In this document: piece after piece, positions 18,343-29,679 of the stretch | How positions within the stretch are numbered: the first letter of the stretch is position 1 | Layout of the letters: each line of letters begins with the position of its first letter | NCBI RefSeq assembly: GCF_001017655.1 | Contig: NZ_CP010904.1 | Coordinates: 1,980,001-2,012,000, forward strand | DNA length: 32,000 nt | DNA from: Kiritimatiella glycovorans | GTDB lineage: Bacteria; Verrucomicrobiota; Kiritimatiellia; Kiritimatiellales; Kiritimatiellaceae | Direction: 5' to 3' | The notes under the pieces: generated by a model | What the model saw: the letters and a program-made list of their open reading frames with translations, nothing else | Told to the model about the DNA's origin: nothing | Databases searched by the model: none | Position numbers and translations under genes: made by a program

Positions 18343-21300
18343 TCAGAATTCCTCGGGTTTTTCCGCCAGGAGGTGTTCTCCGACCGCCTCTTCGGCCGAG
18401 AGTTCCTCGCCGAGTTTCGCCAGCCGGATATTGCGGTACATCGGGAAGCCCGTCCCGGCGGGGATCAGGTTCCCCATGATCACGTTCTCCTTGAACCCGC
18501 GCAGGCCGTCTTCGCGTCCGAGCGTGGCCGCCTCCGTGAGTACGCGGGTCGTCTCCTGGAACGAGGCCGCCGAGATGAAACTCTCGGTTTCGAGCGAGGC
18601 CTTGGTGATCCCGAGCAGCACGGGGGTCGCTTCGGCCGGCCGCTTTCCTTCGGCCATGGCGGACTGGTTGACCTCCTGGAAGCGCGTTCGCTCCACCTGC
18701 TCGCCCCACAGGAACTCGGTGTCGCCCGGTTCGGTGATGCGCACCTTGCGGAGCATCTGCCGCACGATGACCTCGATGTGCTTGTCGTTGATCTCGACGC
18801 CCTGCAGCTGGTAGACGGACTGGACTTCGTTGACCAGGTATTCCTGCAGTTCCTGGGGTCCGCACACGTCGAGGATCTCCTGCGGCACGATCGGTCCTTC
18901 GGTGAGCTGCTGGCCCTTGTGCACGAAATCGCCGGGGTAGACGATGATGTGCTTGCCGATCGGGATGAGGTGCTCCTCTTCCGCGCCCGTGCTGCGGTCT
19001 TTGACCATGAGCTGACGCCGCCCGCGAACCATGCCGCCCAGTTCGACCACGCCGTCGATCTTGGCGATCTCGGCGGAGTCTTTGGGCGTGCGCGCCTCGA
19101 AGAGTTCGGCCACCCGCGGCAGACCGCCGGTGATGTCCTTGGTGCGCGTGGCTTTGCGGGGCGTCTTGGCCAGGCTGGTGCCGGCCTCGACTTTCTGGCC
19201 TTCTTCGACCATGACGTGCGCGCCGGCGGGGCCGGGATAGTATCCGCGCGGATCGCCGGTGTCGGGATCGCGGATCACGATCCTCGGGTGGAGATCCTCC
19301 TTGTGCTCCATAAGCACCATGCCCTCGACACCCGTGGATTCATCGCGTCCGCGCCGGACGGTGATCCCTTCGATAAAGTCCTCGAACGCCACGACACCGC
19401 TGTGCTCGGAAATGACGGGAACGCTGTAGGGGTCCCACTCGACGAACGTCTTGCCCGCCTCGACCGTCCCGCCGTCCTCGACGGAGATCACGGCGCCGAT
19501 CACGGTCGAGTACCGTTCGAGTTCGCGGTCGTTCTCGTCCACGATACGGACGGCGCCGTTCTTGTTGAGGACGATATGGCCCTCGGCGATCTGCACGCAG
19601 CGGAGGTTCTCGTAGCGTAGCGTTCCGCTCTTTTTGGCGGTAATGCGCGGATGCTTGAACACGGAGCTGGCCGTACCGCCGATGTGGAAGGTCCGCATCG
19701 TCAGCTGGGTGCCCGGCTCTCCGATCGACTGGGCGGCGATGATACCGACCGGATCGCCCAGCCTCACGGGGAGGCCGGTAGCGAGATTGCGTCCGTAGCA
19801 GCGTGCGCAGATGCCGCGGCGCGCCTCGCAGGTGAGGGCGCTGCGGATTCCGACCGTTTCGATGCCGGCATTCTCGACCTTCGCCGCCAGCACCTCGTCG
19901 ATCTCGGCGCCCGCCGGGACGATCACCTCGTCGGTGCGCGGGTCCACGATATCCTCCTGCGCCGAGCGGCCGGTGATCCTCTGTGCGAGCGACACGAGTT
20001 CGTCGTCGCCTTCGCTGATGGCGCGTACTTCGATGCCGTTCAGCGTGTTGCAGTCCTCTTCGGTGATGATGATGTCGTGGGAGACGTCGACCAGTTTCCG
20101 CGTGAGGTACCCCGAGTCGGCGGTCTTGAGCGCCGTATCGGCGAGGCCCTTGCGGGCGCCGTGCGTACTTACGAAATACTCCAGCACGGTCAGTCCTTCG
20201 CGGAAGTTCGAGAGAATCGGCTGTTCGATGATCTCGCCGGAGGGCTTCGCCATCAGTCCGCGCATGCCCGCGAGCTGACGGATCTGCTGGCGGCTTCCGC
20301 GCGCGCCGGAGTCGACCATCATGAAGACGGGGTTCAGGTCCTCGCGCTCGTCATTGGCCTCGATGGCCTCGAACATGACCCGCGTGATCTCTTCGTTGGC
20401 GTGCGTCCAGATATCGACGATCTTATTGTACCGCTCGCCCTCGGTGATCAGGCCCTTGCGGTGCTGGGCCGTCACCTGGCGCACCTGCGCGAAGGCGTCG
20501 TCGATGATGTTCTGCTTAGCGGGCGGGATGATCATGTCGTCCAGACCGATCGAGGCGCCCGCCACGGTCGCATAGTGGAAGCCGAGGTTTTTGAGGGCGT
20601 CGAGCACCTCCACCGTCCGGGTGTGGCCCGCGGTCTGGTAGCACTGCCAGATCAGTTTGCCGAGGTCTTTCTTGGTGACCATCCGGTTTACGAAGCCGAG
20701 TCCTTCGGGCCAGATTTCGTTGAAGAAGACGCGCCCCACCGTGGTGGTGATGACGGCGGCGGCGGAGTCTCCGTAGATGGTTTCCATCCCGCGGTCCGGG
20801 TTGCGGAACCGGATCCGGGACCAGATCTTCACGGCGTTTTCATCGAAGGCGGCGTGCACTTCGTGCAGATCGTTGAAGATGGGGAGGTGTTCGTGCTCGC
20901 CGCCGGCGCCGCCCTCGCGGTGCATACGGCGTGCCTGCGACTCGCTGGTCAGGAAATAGCAGCCGAGTGCGATGTCCTGGCTGGGCGTCGCGATCGGTTT
21001 GCCGCTCGACGGCGAGAAGATATTATTGGGGGCCAGCATGAGCGCGCGCGACTCGACCTGGGCCTCGATCGAGAGCGGGACGTGAACCGCCATCTGGTCG
21101 CCGTCGAAGTCGGCGTTGTAGGCTCCGCAGACGAGCGGGTGCAGCTGGATGGCCTCGCCCTCGATCAGGATCGGCTCGAACGACTGGATACTCAGCCGGT
21201 GCAGCGTGGGCGCGCGGTTGAGCATGACCGTATGCCCCTGCGTGACCTGGTCGAGGATATCCCAGACCACGTCTTCCTCGCGCTCGATCATCTTCTTCGC

Positions 21301-22494
21301 GCTGCGCACGGTATGGACGAGACCGCGCTCTTTGAGGTGGCGGATGATGAAGGGCTCGAAGAGCACCAGGGCCATCTTTTTGGGCAGGCCGCACTGATTG
21401 AGTTTGAGTTCCGGCCCGACCACGATCACGGAGCGGCCGGAGTAGTCCACGCGCTTGCCGAGCAGGTTCTGGCGGAACCGTCCCTGCTTCCCGCGCAGCA
21501 TGTCGCTGAGCGATTTCAGCGGACGGTTGCCCGACCCGTTCACCGTGCGCCCGTGGCGCCCGTTGTCGAGCAGCGCGTCGACCGACTGCTGCAGCATCCG
21601 CTTCTCGTTGCGGATGATCACCTCGGGCGTCTTGAGCGCCATAAGGTTCTTCAGGCGGTTGTTGCGGTTGATCACCCGGCGGTAGAGATCGTTCAGATCC
21701 GAGGTGGCGAAGCGCCCGCCCTCGAGGGGCACCAGCGGGCGGAGGTCCGGGGGGATGACGGGAAGGACCTCGAGGATGATCCACTCCGGGCGCGCCCCGC
21801 TGTCGAGCAGCCCGTTGAAGACCTTCATCTGCTTGACGAGCTTCTTGCGGGTCTGCTTGCTGCGGGTACGGCTTATCGCCTCTTCGAGTTCCTCGATCCT
21901 CTGTTCGATATCGATCTTGCGCATGAGGTCGCGCACCGCTTCCGCGCCCATGCCCGCCTGGAACGAGCCGTCGCCGTACTGTTCGAGGGCCTCGCGGTAT
22001 TCCATCTCGTTGAGCAGCTGCTTCTCTTCGAGCGGGGTATTGCCCGGATCGGTGACGATATAGTTTTCGAAGTAGATCACGCGCTCCAGGTCGCGCGCCG
22101 TCATGTCCATGACCAGGCCCATGCGGCTGGGGGCGGTCTTGAAGAACCAGATATGCGAGACGGGCACGGCTAGGTCGATATGGCCCATGCGCTCGCGCCG
22201 CACGCGGGAGACCGTTACCTCGACGCCGCAGCGGTCGCAGACCACGCCCTTGTGCTTGATGCGCTTATACTTCCCGCAGCTGCACTCCCAGTCCTTGGTC
22301 GGGCCGAAGATGCGCTCACAGAACAGCCCGCTCTTCTCCGGCTTGAAGGTCCGGTAATTGATCGTCTCCGGATTCTTGACCTCGCCGGAACTCCAGGAGC
22401 GCATTTTCTCCGGAGAGGCCAGCCTTATACGCACGCTCTCGTGGGCGCCCTGTACATCGAATCCCAGAATGTCTTCCGCGCTTCGGTTATCCAC
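18343..22494 (-). CDS. rpoC: DNA-directed RNA polymerase subunit beta prime
   Basis: 1383 aa. GTG start at 22492-22494 with AGGAGGA 5 nt upstream. The catalytic [16 protein letters not shown] motif and the zinc motif [20 protein letters not shown] are present. Confidence 0.98.
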   Translation of the reverse strand: MDNRSAEDILGFDVQGAHESVRIRLASPEKMRSWSSGEVKNPETINYRTFKPEKSGLFCERIFGPTKDWECSCGKYKRIKHKGVVCDRCGVEVTVSRVRRERMGHIDLAVPVSHIWFFKTAPSRMGLVMDMTARDLERVIYFENYIVTDPGNTPLEEKQLLNEMEYREALEQYGDGSFQAGMGAEAVRDLMRKIDIEQRIEELEEAISRTRSKQTRKKLVKQMKVFNGLLDSGARPEWIILEVLPVIPPDLRPLVPLEGGRFATSDLNDLYRRVINRNNRLKNLMALKTPEVIIRNEKRMLQQSVDALLDNGRHGRTVNGSGNRPLKSLSDMLRGKQGRFRQNLLGKRVDYSGRSVIVVGPELKLNQCGLPKKMALVLFEPFIIRHLKERGLVHTVRSAKKMIEREEDVVWDILDQVTQGHTVMLNRAPTLHRLSIQSFEPILIEGEAIQLHPLVCGAYNADFDGDQMAVHVPLSIEAQVESRALMLAPNNIFSPSSGKPIATPSQDIALGCYFLTSESQARRMHREGGAGGEHEHLPIFNDLHEVHAAFDENAVKIWSRIRFRNPDRGMETIYGDSAAAVITTTVGRVFFNEIWPEGLGFVNRMVTKKDLGKLIWQCYQTAGHTRTVEVLDALKNLGFHYATVAGASIGLDDMIIPPAKQNIIDDAFAQVRQVTAQHRKGLITEGERYNKIVDIWTHANEEITRVMFEAIEANDEREDLNPVFMMVDSGARGSRQQIRQLAGMRGLMAKPSGEIIEQPILSNFREGLTVLEYFVSTHGARKGLADTALKTADSGYLTRKLVDVSHDIIITEEDCNTLNGIEVRAISEGDDELVSLAQRITGRSAQEDIVDPRTDEVIVPAGAEIDEVLAAKVENAGIETVGIRSALTCEARRGICARCYGRNLATGLPVRLGDPVGIIAAQSIGEPGTQLTMRTFHIGGTASSVFKHPRITAKKSGTLRYENLRCVQIAEGHIVLNKNGAVRIVDENDRELERYSTVIGAVISVEDGGTVEAGKTFVEWDPYSVPVISEHSGVVAFEDFIEGITVRRGRDESTGVEGMVLMEHKEDLHPRIVIRDPDTGDPRGYYPGPAGAHVMVEEGQKVEAGTSLAKTPRKATRTKDITGGLPRVAELFEARTPKDSAEIAKIDGVVELGGMVRGRRQLMVKDRSTGAEEEHLIPIGKHIIVYPGDFVHKGQQLTEGPIVPQEILDVCGPQELQEYLVNEVQSVYQLQGVEINDKHIEVIVRQMLRKVRITEPGDTEFLWGEQVERTRFQEVNQSAMAEGKRPAEATPVLLGITKASLETESFISAASFQETTRVLTEAATLGREDGLRGFKENVIMGNLIPAGTGFPMYRNIRLAKLGEELSAEEAVGEHLLAEKPEEF

Positions 22495-22538
22495 GGTGAT
22501 CCTCCTGCATGTAATTCATCCGGTTCCGACGGGTGCGG

Positions 22539-25500
22539 TCACTCGGCGGCCGCGGTGTCGTTTTCCACTTCGACATCCAGACCGAGACCCTGCATCTCGC
22601 GTATAAGGACGTTGAACGATTCGGGGCGGCCCGCCTGAAGCACGTTTTCGCCCTTCACGATCGACTCATAGATCCTCGTGCGGCCGGAGATGTCGTCGCT
22701 CTTGACCGTCAGGATCTCCTGCAGGGCGTGGGCCGCCCCGTAGGCCTCGAGCGCCCACACCTCCATTTCGCCGAAGCGCTGTCCGCCGTACTGCGCCTTT
22801 CCGCCCAGCGGCTGCTGGGTGACCAGCGAGTACGGGCCGACGGCCCGCGCGTGGATCTTCTCGCTCACGAGGTGGTGGAGCTTCAGCATATAGATGTAGC
22901 CGACCACGACACGCTGGGCGAAGGGATCGCCCGTGCGGCCGTCGTAGAGCACCGCCTTGCCGTCGCCGCCGACGGTCTTTTCCTCGCCCGCGGCCTCCTC
23001 GGCCTCATTGAGCAGTTCGTGAATGGACTCCTCGCTGATCCCGTCGAAGATCGGGGTCGTGGCGTGGAACCCGAGCTGCTTGCACGCCCAGCCGAGGTGG
23101 GTCTCGAGAACCTGCCCGACATTCATGCGCGACGGCACACCCAGCGGGTTGAGCACGATCTCCACGGGGGTTCCGTCGGGGAGGAAGGGCATATCCTCTT
23201 CGGCGACGATCCGCGAGATGACGCCCTTATTCCCGTGGCGGCCCGCCATCTTGTCGCCCACCGAAAGCTTGCGCTTCTCGGCGATGTAGACCTTGACCTG
23301 TTTGATAATGCCCGCGTCCATCTCTTCGCCGCTGCCGACGCGCTCCATCTCGCGGTCCATTTCGGACCGGGCTTCGGCGAACTTGTCGCGGTACTGGTCG
23401 ATGATCTCCATGAGCTTGATCCGGATCGGGCTCTGGTCGATCTCGATGTTGTCGTAGTTGGTGGCCAGCTTGCGCAGAAGCGTCTTGGTGATTTTACGGT
23501 TCGCGGGGATGATGACGTCCCCGGTGCTCATATCGACCACGTCGAGCGGGATCTTCTCGCCGAGCAGGATATTGCTCAGCGCCTCGGTCAGGCTCTCGCT
23601 GATCTCCTGCGCCTTTTTGCGGTGCTGTTCCTCGATCTGACGTTTCTGGTGAGCGGTATCTTCGCTCTCTTCCTCCTGCGCCTTGATCTGGCTCTTGGAG
23701 GAGACCCGCACATCCATGACGATCCCCTCGGTACCGCTCGGGACGCGGAGCGAGGTGTCGCGCACGTCGGCGGCCTTCTCGCCGAAGATCGCCCGCAGCA
23801 GCCGCTCCTCGGGGGCGAGTTCGGTTTCGCTTTTGGGCGTGATCTTGCCGACGAGGATATCGCCGGGATGCACTTCGGTGCCCACGCGCACGATGCCGTC
23901 GTGGGTCAGGTGACTCAACGCCTCTTCGCCCACGTTGGGGATATCGCGCGTGATCTCCTCGGGCCCCAGCTTCGTATCGCGGGCGCCGCATTCGAACTCC
24001 TGGATGTGGATCGAGGTGTACACATCCTCACGGACCAGTTTTTCGCTGATCAGGATCGCGTCCTCGAAGTTGTAGCCGCACCAGGGCATGAACGCACAGA
24101 GCACGTTGCGTCCGAGGGCCATCTCGCCCTCGTCGGTCGAGGCGCCGTCGGCGAGCACATCGCCGGCTTTGATTTTGTCGCCGGCCTTTACGATGGGCTT
24201 CTGGATCATGCAGCTTCCCGCGTTGGAGCGCATAAACTTGATCAGCCCGTACTCCTGCACATCATTCTTGGGCGTGCTCTTCTTCGGCATCGAACCGTCG
24301 GCGGTCACAATTATTTTGTCCGCCGAGGCGTACGCGACGGTCCCGGCCTTTTCGGCAATGCAGAGCACGCGGGTGTCGCGCGCCATGCGGCCTTCCGATC
24401 CCGTGCCCACGAGGGGGCGCTCGGTCTTGAGCAGCGGCACGGCCTGGCGCTGCATGTTCGAGCCCATCAGCGCGCGGTTGGCGTCGTCGTGCTCGAGAAA
24501 CGGGATCAGGTTCGCCGCGACCGAGACGACCTGTTTGGGCGAGACGTCCATGTACTGGACCGTCTCCGCGTCGGCCATCATGAATTCCCCGCGGTAGCGG
24601 GCCATGACGGTATCGGAGGTGAAGCGGCCGGCATCGTCGAGCGGCGCATTGGCCTGCGCGATGATGTAGTTCTCTTCGCGGTCGCCGGCGAGCCATTCGA
24701 CCTTCCCGGTCACGCGTCCGCCGGAGACCTGCCGGTAGGGGGTTTCGATGAACCCGTAATCGTTGACGCGGGCGAACATGCTCAGCGACGAGATCAGGCC
24801 GATGTTCGGTCCCTCCGGCGTCTCGATCGGGCAGATCCTTCCGTAGTGGCTGCTGTGGACGTCGCGGACCTCGAACCCGGCCCGTTCGCGGTTCAGTCCC
24901 CCCGGTCCGAGGGCGCTGAGGCGGCGTTTATGGGTCAGTTCGGAGAGCGGATTGGTCTGGTCCATAAACTGACTGAGCTGCCCGCGGCCGAAGAAATCCT
25001 TGACCACCGCGGAGAGGGCCTTCGGGTTGATCAGGCGCTGGGGGGTCAGCGTTTCCACCGTCGCGTCGAAAATCGTCATGCGCTCTTTGACCAGGCGCTG
25101 GATGCGGGCGAGGCCGACGCGGCACTGGGCCTCGAGCAGTTCGCCCACCGTCCTCACCCGGCGGCTGCCGAGGTGGTCGATATCGTCGAGGGTCCCTTCG
25201 CCCAGGCGCACTTTGATCAGGTAGCGTACGCCTTCGACGATATCCTCATTTTCCAGCGCGAGGCTCTTCTTCTCCAGGCCCAGCTTCTGCTGCATCTTGT
25301 AGCGGCCGACCTTGCTGAGGTTGAACCGGCTCTCATCGAAGAAGAGGCGCTTGAGGAGCTGACGCGCGCTGGCGGCCGTGGGCGGATCGCCGGGCCGGAG
25401 CTTCTGGTAGAGTTCCTTGAGCGCTTCGTCGGTGGACCGGGTCTGGTCCTGCTCGAGGGTGCGCAAATACAGGCCGTTGTCCCAGGAGACGTCGACGGCG

Positions 25501-26312
25501 TCGACGGAGCTGTAGCCCGCCACGCGCATGCGTTCGAGGATATCCGGGGTGATGTACTCGAAGCGGCGCCCGATGATCGACTGCTCGTCGGCGTCGATGA
25601 TGTCCTCTTTCAGCGCCAGGCACTCGAGATCCTCTTCGGAGTAGCTCTTTTTGAGCGAGAGCGGCTTGACCTCGTAGTACAGGCCGATCAGTTCCTCGTC
25701 GGTGCCGTAGCCGAGCGCGCGGAGGAAGGTCGAGATCAGGAACTTCCTGCGCCGGCGCTTCCGGTCGAGATAGATGTGCAGGCTGTCGTGCGCGTCAAAC
25801 TGGACTTCGATCCAGGACCCGCGGTCCGGAATAATGCGGAACGAGTGAAGGATCGAGCCGTTCTGATGCCGGGTACTCTCGAAACAGATCCCGGGCGAGC
25901 GGTGCAGCTGGCTCACGATGATCCGTTCCGCGCCGTTGATCACAAAGCTCCCGCGCCTGGTCATCAGCGGGATCTCGCCCATGTAGAGCGTGTCCTCGCG
26001 CTCTTCCCCGCCCTCTTTCAGCCGGAAGGTGACGTAGAGCGGGGCCGCGTAGGTTTCACCCGCACGCAGCGCTTCTAGGTCGGCGAGCTGCGGCGTCTCG
26101 ATGTCGTAGCGAACGAAATCGAGTGAGATCTGCCCGTCGTAGCTCTCCACGGGAAAGGATTCCTTGAGCACCGCCTGGAGGCCTTTATCCTCGCGTTTCG
26201 ACGGCGCCTTCTCGTCCTGGAGAAAGTCGCGGTACGACTTGAGCTGGATCTCGATCAGATCGGGAGCCTCGATTGCGTCGGTGAGTTTGCCGTAATTCGT
26301 GCGCTGCGCCAT
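22539..26312 (-). CDS. rpoB: DNA-directed RNA polymerase subunit beta
   Basis: 1257 aa with ATG start. Rif cluster I reads [32 protein letters not shown] (wild-type-like D, H and S positions). The [12 protein letters not shown] motif is present. Confidence 0.98.
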   Translation of the reverse strand: MAQRTNYGKLTDAIEAPDLIEIQLKSYRDFLQDEKAPSKREDKGLQAVLKESFPVESYDGQISLDFVRYDIETPQLADLEALRAGETYAAPLYVTFRLKEGGEEREDTLYMGEIPLMTRRGSFVINGAERIIVSQLHRSPGICFESTRHQNGSILHSFRIIPDRGSWIEVQFDAHDSLHIYLDRKRRRRKFLISTFLRALGYGTDEELIGLYYEVKPLSLKKSYSEEDLECLALKEDIIDADEQSIIGRRFEYITPDILERMRVAGYSSVDAVDVSWDNGLYLRTLEQDQTRSTDEALKELYQKLRPGDPPTAASARQLLKRLFFDESRFNLSKVGRYKMQQKLGLEKKSLALENEDIVEGVRYLIKVRLGEGTLDDIDHLGSRRVRTVGELLEAQCRVGLARIQRLVKERMTIFDATVETLTPQRLINPKALSAVVKDFFGRGQLSQFMDQTNPLSELTHKRRLSALGPGGLNRERAGFEVRDVHSSHYGRICPIETPEGPNIGLISSLSMFARVNDYGFIETPYRQVSGGRVTGKVEWLAGDREENYIIAQANAPLDDAGRFTSDTVMARYRGEFMMADAETVQYMDVSPKQVVSVAANLIPFLEHDDANRALMGSNMQRQAVPLLKTERPLVGTGSEGRMARDTRVLCIAEKAGTVAYASADKIIVTADGSMPKKSTPKNDVQEYGLIKFMRSNAGSCMIQKPIVKAGDKIKAGDVLADGASTDEGEMALGRNVLCAFMPWCGYNFEDAILISEKLVREDVYTSIHIQEFECGARDTKLGPEEITRDIPNVGEEALSHLTHDGIVRVGTEVHPGDILVGKITPKSETELAPEERLLRAIFGEKAADVRDTSLRVPSGTEGIVMDVRVSSKSQIKAQEEESEDTAHQKRQIEEQHRKKAQEISESLTEALSNILLGEKIPLDVVDMSTGDVIIPANRKITKTLLRKLATNYDNIEIDQSPIRIKLMEIIDQYRDKFAEARSEMDREMERVGSGEEMDAGIIKQVKVYIAEKRKLSVGDKMAGRHGNKGVISRIVAEEDMPFLPDGTPVEIVLNPLGVPSRMNVGQVLETHLGWACKQLGFHATTPIFDGISEESIHELLNEAEEAAGEEKTVGGDGKAVLYDGRTGDPFAQRVVVGYIYMLKLHHLVSEKIHARAVGPYSLVTQQPLGGKAQYGGQRFGEMEVWALEAYGAAHALQEILTVKSDDISGRTRIYESIVKGENVLQAGRPESFNVLIREMQGLGLDVEVENDTAAAE

Positions 26313-26344
26313 GCCGCTTCCCCCGGTTCGGGATTAAAGACAAT

Positions 26345-26392
26345 ACAGACAGGGCGCGCCCCACCCCGAATGGGGCGCGCGCGCTGTCCTGT
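26345..26392 (-). terminator. Strong GC hairpin between rplL and rpoB, probably a partial terminator or attenuator
   Basis: The upper stem is 10 perfect bp (26354-26363/26371-26380) with a 7-nt loop. The lower stem adds about 7 bp with an internal loop or bulge (26345-26351/26385-26392). On the minus strand it is followed by the moderately U-rich AUUGUCUUUAAU. It occupies the same location as the E. coli rplL-rpoB attenuator. Confidence 0.5.
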
Positions 26393-26421
26393 GTTCGGAT
26401 CGTAGTCGGGGCGACACCCGT

Positions 26422-26850
26422 CTACTTGATCTCGATCGAGGCGCCGACCGCTTCAAGCTTTTCCTTGATCTGATCGGCCTCCTCTTTGGCCACGCCTTCC
26501 TTCACCGGAGCGGGCGCGCCGTCGACCAGGGCCTTCGCTTCCTTCAGCCCGAGCGACGTAATACCGCGGAGTTCCTTGATGACCTGGATCTTCTGTCCGC
26601 CGGCTTCCGTGAGCACGACGTCGAATTCCGTCTGCTCGGCGGCCGCTTCGCCGCCGCCCTCGGCCGCCGCCGGGGCCGCCACTGCGGCCGGTGCGGCCGC
26701 GCTCACGCCGAGCCGGTCCTCAAGCGCCTTGACCAGCTGCGAGAGTTCGAGAACCGAAATGCCCTCGATCCAGTCCACGAACTCGGCCATTTTGCCTTCG
26801 AGCTGGACTTCTTCCTGCTGCTGGACTTCCTGCTGTTCTTCTTCGCTCAT
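26422..26850 (-). CDS. rplL: 50S ribosomal protein L7/L12 (bL12)
   Basis: I chose the ATG at 26850 because GGAGGTGG lies 5 nt upstream. The 163-aa track ORF overlaps rplJ. The conserved part starts at [29 protein letters not shown]. An Ala-rich hinge and the C-terminal domain [27 protein letters not shown] are present. An alternative start at 26790 (MAEF) would remove a 20-aa acidic extension. Confidence 0.92.
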   Translation of the reverse strand: MSEEEQQEVQQQEEVQLEGKMAEFVDWIEGISVLELSQLVKALEDRLGVSAAAPAAVAAPAAAEGGGEAAAEQTEFDVVLTEAGGQKIQVIKELRGITSLGLKEAKALVDGAPAPVKEGVAKEEADQIKEKLEAVGASIEIK

Positions 26851-26875
26851 CGTTCCACCTCCGATCGCGGGTCGG

Positions 26876-27427
26876 CTACTCTTCACCGCCCGCCTGTTTC
26901 TTCTTATCTTCAACCGCCTTCAAAACGTAGAGAAGGCTGCTTACCTTCTGATGCATCACGCCCGCGAGCTGCGTCATCGGCGCCGCAAGGGTGCCGACGA
27001 GCTTGCCCTGCAGCACCTGCTTCGGCGGAAGATCCGCCAGCATCTTCACATCGTCCGACGATACCGGCGCCCCCCGGAGCAGCCCGCCCTTGACGTCCGG
27101 GCGCTCATGCTCTTTCGCGAATTTCTTCAGGATTCTGGCGACCTCCACCACGTCACCCGAACCGTAGACCAGCGCGGTCGGTCCCTGCAGCCACTCGTCG
27201 CGGAGACGTTCCCCGCCCCACTCGCCGGAGTACCGCAACAGCCGGTTTTTAACGACGCGGCATCCCGCGTCCGCTTCGCGGAGCTGCTGACGCAGCTGCG
27301 TGGTCCGGGGCATATCCATGCCCTTGCAGTCGGTCAGAATGACGAACAGCGAACCGGCGACTTCCTCGCCGACCTCACCCGCCATCGCCTTTTTCTCCGG
27401 CCTGATCTCGCGTTCCCTCTCACTCAT
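26876..27427 (-). CDS. rplJ: 50S ribosomal protein L10 (uL10)
   Basis: I chose the internal ATG at 27427 (AAGGAGATGG upstream) over the 312-aa track ORF, which overlaps rplA. The product is 183 aa and begins [19 protein letters not shown]. Confidence 0.92.
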   Translation of the reverse strand: MSEREREIRPEKKAMAGEVGEEVAGSLFVILTDCKGMDMPRTTQLRQQLREADAGCRVVKNRLLRYSGEWGGERLRDEWLQGPTALVYGSGDVVEVARILKKFAKEHERPDVKGGLLRGAPVSSDDVKMLADLPPKQVLQGKLVGTLAAPMTQLAGVMHQKVSSLLYVLKAVEDKKKQAGGEE

Positions 27428-27438
27428 GATCCATCTCC

Positions 27439-28134
27439 TTACGCCGCGACTCTTCGCAGGGCCACCTGTATTCCGGGGCCCATCGTGGTGGCGATCGTGC
27501 AGCGCCGGATGTACGCACCCTTGGCGGCGGCGGGTTTGGCCGCCATGATTGCGTCGACCACCGCGTTGGCGTTGTCCACGAGCGCCTCCTTCGAAAACGA
27601 ACGCTTCCCGAACGGCACCGAGATATTGCCGTGCCGGTCCATGCGGAACTCGACGCGCCCCGCCTTCGCGTCCCTGACCGCCGCCGCCGTGTCGTCCGAG
27701 ACCGTGCCGGTCTTCGGATTCGGCATCAGGCCGCGGGGGCCGAGCACGCGGCCCAGCTTGCGGACCTCCTTCATCGTCTCGGGCGTGGCCACGGCGATGT
27801 CGAAGTCGAGCCACCCGTCCTGAACTCTCTGCACGAGGTCTTCAAAGCCCACTTCCTCGGCGCCGGCTTCGCGGGCCGCGTTGGCCGCCTCGCCGGTCGC
27901 GAAGACCACCACGCGCACCTTTTTGCCCGTGCCGTGGGGCAGCCCGACCGTGGAACGGATCGCCTGGTCCGACTTGGTCGGATCGACGCCCATCCGGAAA
28001 CTCAGTTCGAGGGTCTCGTCGAATTCCGCGGCGGGGTGACCGCGGAAGAACTCCACGGCCTCTTCGATCGGACGCACCTCGCCGGGATCGAGTTCCGCCT
28101 TGATCGCCCGGTATCGCTTTCCGTGTGTAGCCAT
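27439..28134 (-). CDS. rplA: 50S ribosomal protein L1 (uL1)
   Basis: 231 aa. Starts [15 protein letters not shown] and contains [15 protein letters not shown]. Confidence 0.96.
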   Translation of the reverse strand: MATHGKRYRAIKAELDPGEVRPIEEAVEFFRGHPAAEFDETLELSFRMGVDPTKSDQAIRSTVGLPHGTGKKVRVVVFATGEAANAAREAGAEEVGFEDLVQRVQDGWLDFDIAVATPETMKEVRKLGRVLGPRGLMPNPKTGTVSDDTAAAVRDAKAGRVEFRMDRHGNISVPFGKRSFSKEALVDNANAVVDAIMAAKPAAAKGAYIRRCTIATTMGPGIQVALRRVAA

Positions 28135-28135
28135 G

Positions 28136-28561
28136 TCAGTCCGTCACCTCAATTCCCATGCTGCGCGCGGTACCCGCAATAATGTGTACCGCCCGGTCCG
28201 TGTCGTGCGCGTTCAGATCGTCCTTCTTCCGCTCTGCGATCTCCGCGAGCTGGGCTCGGGTGACCTTCGCAACCTTTTCACGGTTCGGTTCGCCCGATCC
28301 CTTGGCAATCCCCGCCGCTTCCTTCAGCAGCACCGCGGCCGGCGGCGATTTCGTGATATAGGAGAACGACCGGTCTTCGTAGACCGTGATCTCAACGGGG
28401 ATCACCGTGCCCGTCTGCTCCTGCGTGGCCGCGTTGAAGGCCTTGCAGAATTCCATGATGTTCACACCGTGCTGACCCAGCGCCGGTCCGACCGGCGGCG
28501 CGGGGTTTGCCTGCCCCGCCGGGATCTGCAGCTTGATCAGTCCTGTAACCTTCTTGCCCAT
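28136..28561 (-). CDS. rplK: 50S ribosomal protein L11 (uL11)
   Basis: 141 aa. Contains [35 protein letters not shown]. Confidence 0.97.
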   Translation of the reverse strand: MGKKVTGLIKLQIPAGQANPAPPVGPALGQHGVNIMEFCKAFNAATQEQTGTVIPVEITVYEDRSFSYITKSPPAAVLLKEAAGIAKGSGEPNREKVAKVTRAQLAEIAERKKDDLNAHDTDRAVHIIAGTARSMGIEVTD

Positions 28562-28573
28562 GCGCGCCTCCGC

Positions 28574-29122
28574 TCAGGTACGCTCGACCTGCCAGAATTC
28601 CAGTTCCACCGGGGCGGTCCGCCCGAATATCGAGACCGACACCTTCAGTTTTCCCCGATCCGAATCCACTTCTTCGATCACACCGGTAAAATTGACGAAC
28701 GGGCCGTCGGTGATCTTGACGGTCTCTCCCGCCTGGAACATCACCTTCGGCTGCACCTTCTGCTTCTTCTCCTCGACCTGGTGGAAAATCATATCCACCT
28801 CGTCGGGGCGGAGGGGTACCGGCTTCTCGCCCCCCACGAATCCGATGACGCCCGGCGTCTGCTGAAGGAAATACCAGGGGCGGTGATCGAGACGGTTGTT
28901 CTCATCGTACAGGGCCACACTGATCAGCACATAGCCCGGAAAAAACTTACGGGTGGTCGTCCGTCGCTTGCCCTGTTTGACCTCCGAGACCTTCTCCGTC
29001 GGGATCACGACCTCGCCGATGTAATCCTCCATCTCCTCCTGCGCCACGCGGCTCGATATATTATCGCGAACCTTCTGCTCATGACCGGAAAGCGTATGTA
29101 ATACGTACCACTGCTTTTCCAT
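28574..29122 (-). CDS. nusG: Transcription termination/antitermination factor NusG
   Basis: I chose the internal ATG at 29122 (MEKQWYVLHTLSGHEQKV, the canonical NusG N-terminus). The 203-aa track ORF would overlap secE. The KOW region FQAGETVKITDGPFVNFTGVIEEV is present. Confidence 0.94.
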   Translation of the reverse strand: MEKQWYVLHTLSGHEQKVRDNISSRVAQEEMEDYIGEVVIPTEKVSEVKQGKRRTTTRKFFPGYVLISVALYDENNRLDHRPWYFLQQTPGVIGFVGGEKPVPLRPDEVDMIFHQVEEKKQKVQPKVMFQAGETVKITDGPFVNFTGVIEEVDSDRGKLKVSVSIFGRTAPVELEFWQVERT

Positions 29123-29157
29123 AATCCCCGTCCCGGCCTCGACGCCGTCCGTTCCGC

Positions 29158-29361
29158 TCACCGGAGCACCAGCCTGATGGCCCACATCAACACCGTGTCG
29201 CTCAGTCCGACGAACACCCCGAGCAGGGCCACCGTCAGCAACACCACGCCCGTCGAACCGGCCAGCTCACGCCGGGAGGGCCAGGCGCACTTCTTCAGCT
29301 CCGCCCTCACCTCCGTGAGATACGTCCGCAGTTTTTCAACCCATCCGAAAACGCGTTTCAT
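29158..29361 (-). CDS. secE: Preprotein translocase subunit SecE
   Basis: 67 aa with a single C-terminal TM segment. The motif YLTEVRAELKKCAWPSRRELAGSTGVVLL is typical of SecE. Position before nusG is conserved. Confidence 0.93.
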   Translation of the reverse strand: MKRVFGWVEKLRTYLTEVRAELKKCAWPSRRELAGSTGVVLLTVALLGVFVGLSDTVLMWAIRLVLR

Positions 29362-29381
29362 CCTGTCATCCTTACCGGACC

Positions 29382-29458
29382 TGGCAGGCCAGGAGGGACT
29401 CGAACCCCCAACAACCGGTTTTGGAGACCGGTGCTCTGCCGAATTGAGCTACTGGCCT
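29382..29458 (-). tRNA. tRNA-Trp (anticodon CCA), CCA end encoded
   Basis: The reverse complement folds as a cloverleaf. Acceptor AGGCCAG/CTGGCCT, D stem GCTC/GAGC, anticodon stem CCGGT/ACCGG with loop CTCCAAA, T arm GGGGG-TTCGAGT-CCCTC, discriminator G plus CCA. Confidence 0.93.
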
Positions 29459-29471
29459 TCACTATTAAAAA

Positions 29472-29624
29472 CTACCGGGTCTCACGATGCGCGGTATGCC
29501 TGCGGTCGAACGGGCAGTACTTCCGGAGTTCGAGCCGACCCCGCGAATTCTGCCGGTTCTTCGTCGTCGTGTAATTGCGCCGCTTGCACTCCGTACACGC
29601 GAGCGTGATGATTTCCCTGGGCAT
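29472..29624 (-). CDS. rpmG: 50S ribosomal protein L33 (bL33)
   Basis: Below the ORF-track cutoff. Hand translation gives [50 protein letters not shown] (50 aa). A GGGGGA SD lies upstream. Confidence 0.92.
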   Translation of the reverse strand: MPREIITLACTECKRRNYTTTKNRQNSRGRLELRKYCPFDRRHTAHRETR

Positions 29625-29651
29625 GGTTCGATCCCCCGGCCGTTAAGACGC

Positions 29652-29679
29652 GCGGTCCGCGGCCTGTGCCGCGGACCGC
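29652..29679 (-). promoter_or_regulatory. Perfect 12-bp GC-rich stem-loop between tuf and rpmG, possibly an mRNA processing or stability element or a partial terminator
   Basis: GCGGTCCGCGGC, 4-nt loop, GCCGCGGACCGC. All 12 pairs are Watson-Crick (29652-29663/29668-29679). No U-tract follows on the minus strand. Confidence 0.5.

Noticed and set aside
22533-26078. A 1181-aa plus-strand ORF antisense to rpoB. Similar long antisense ORFs occur at 19651-22173 (840 aa, opposite rpoC), 849-2498, 15293-16708, 18340-19620, 12499-13668, 6211-7443 and 29487-30974.
   Set aside because: All lie exactly opposite strongly conserved, high-GC3 housekeeping genes. Their translations are Arg/Ala/Gly/Pro/His-rich low-complexity sequence with no recognisable motifs and no SD sequences. 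These are classic shadow ORFs caused by stop-codon depletion in GC-rich antisense frames.
26876-27814. Longest-ORF versions of several genes in the track: rplJ 312 aa, rplL 163 aa (26422-26913), rplX 185 aa (9546-10103), rpsE 232 aa (6934-7632), rpsM 167 aa (2934-3437) and nusG 203 aa (28574-29185).
   Set aside because: Each extension overlaps the preceding conserved gene and consists of Arg/Gly/Pro-rich junk. Each one precedes an internal start that has a proper SD and a family-typical N-terminus. I used the shorter coordinates.
29625-29641. The plus-strand GGTTCGATCCCCCGGCC looks like a tRNA T-arm.
   Set aside because: No acceptor, D or anticodon arms can be built around it. The upstream sequence is rpmG coding DNA on the other strand. 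On the minus strand this segment is simply the rpmG SD region (GGGGGATCGAACC-ATG).
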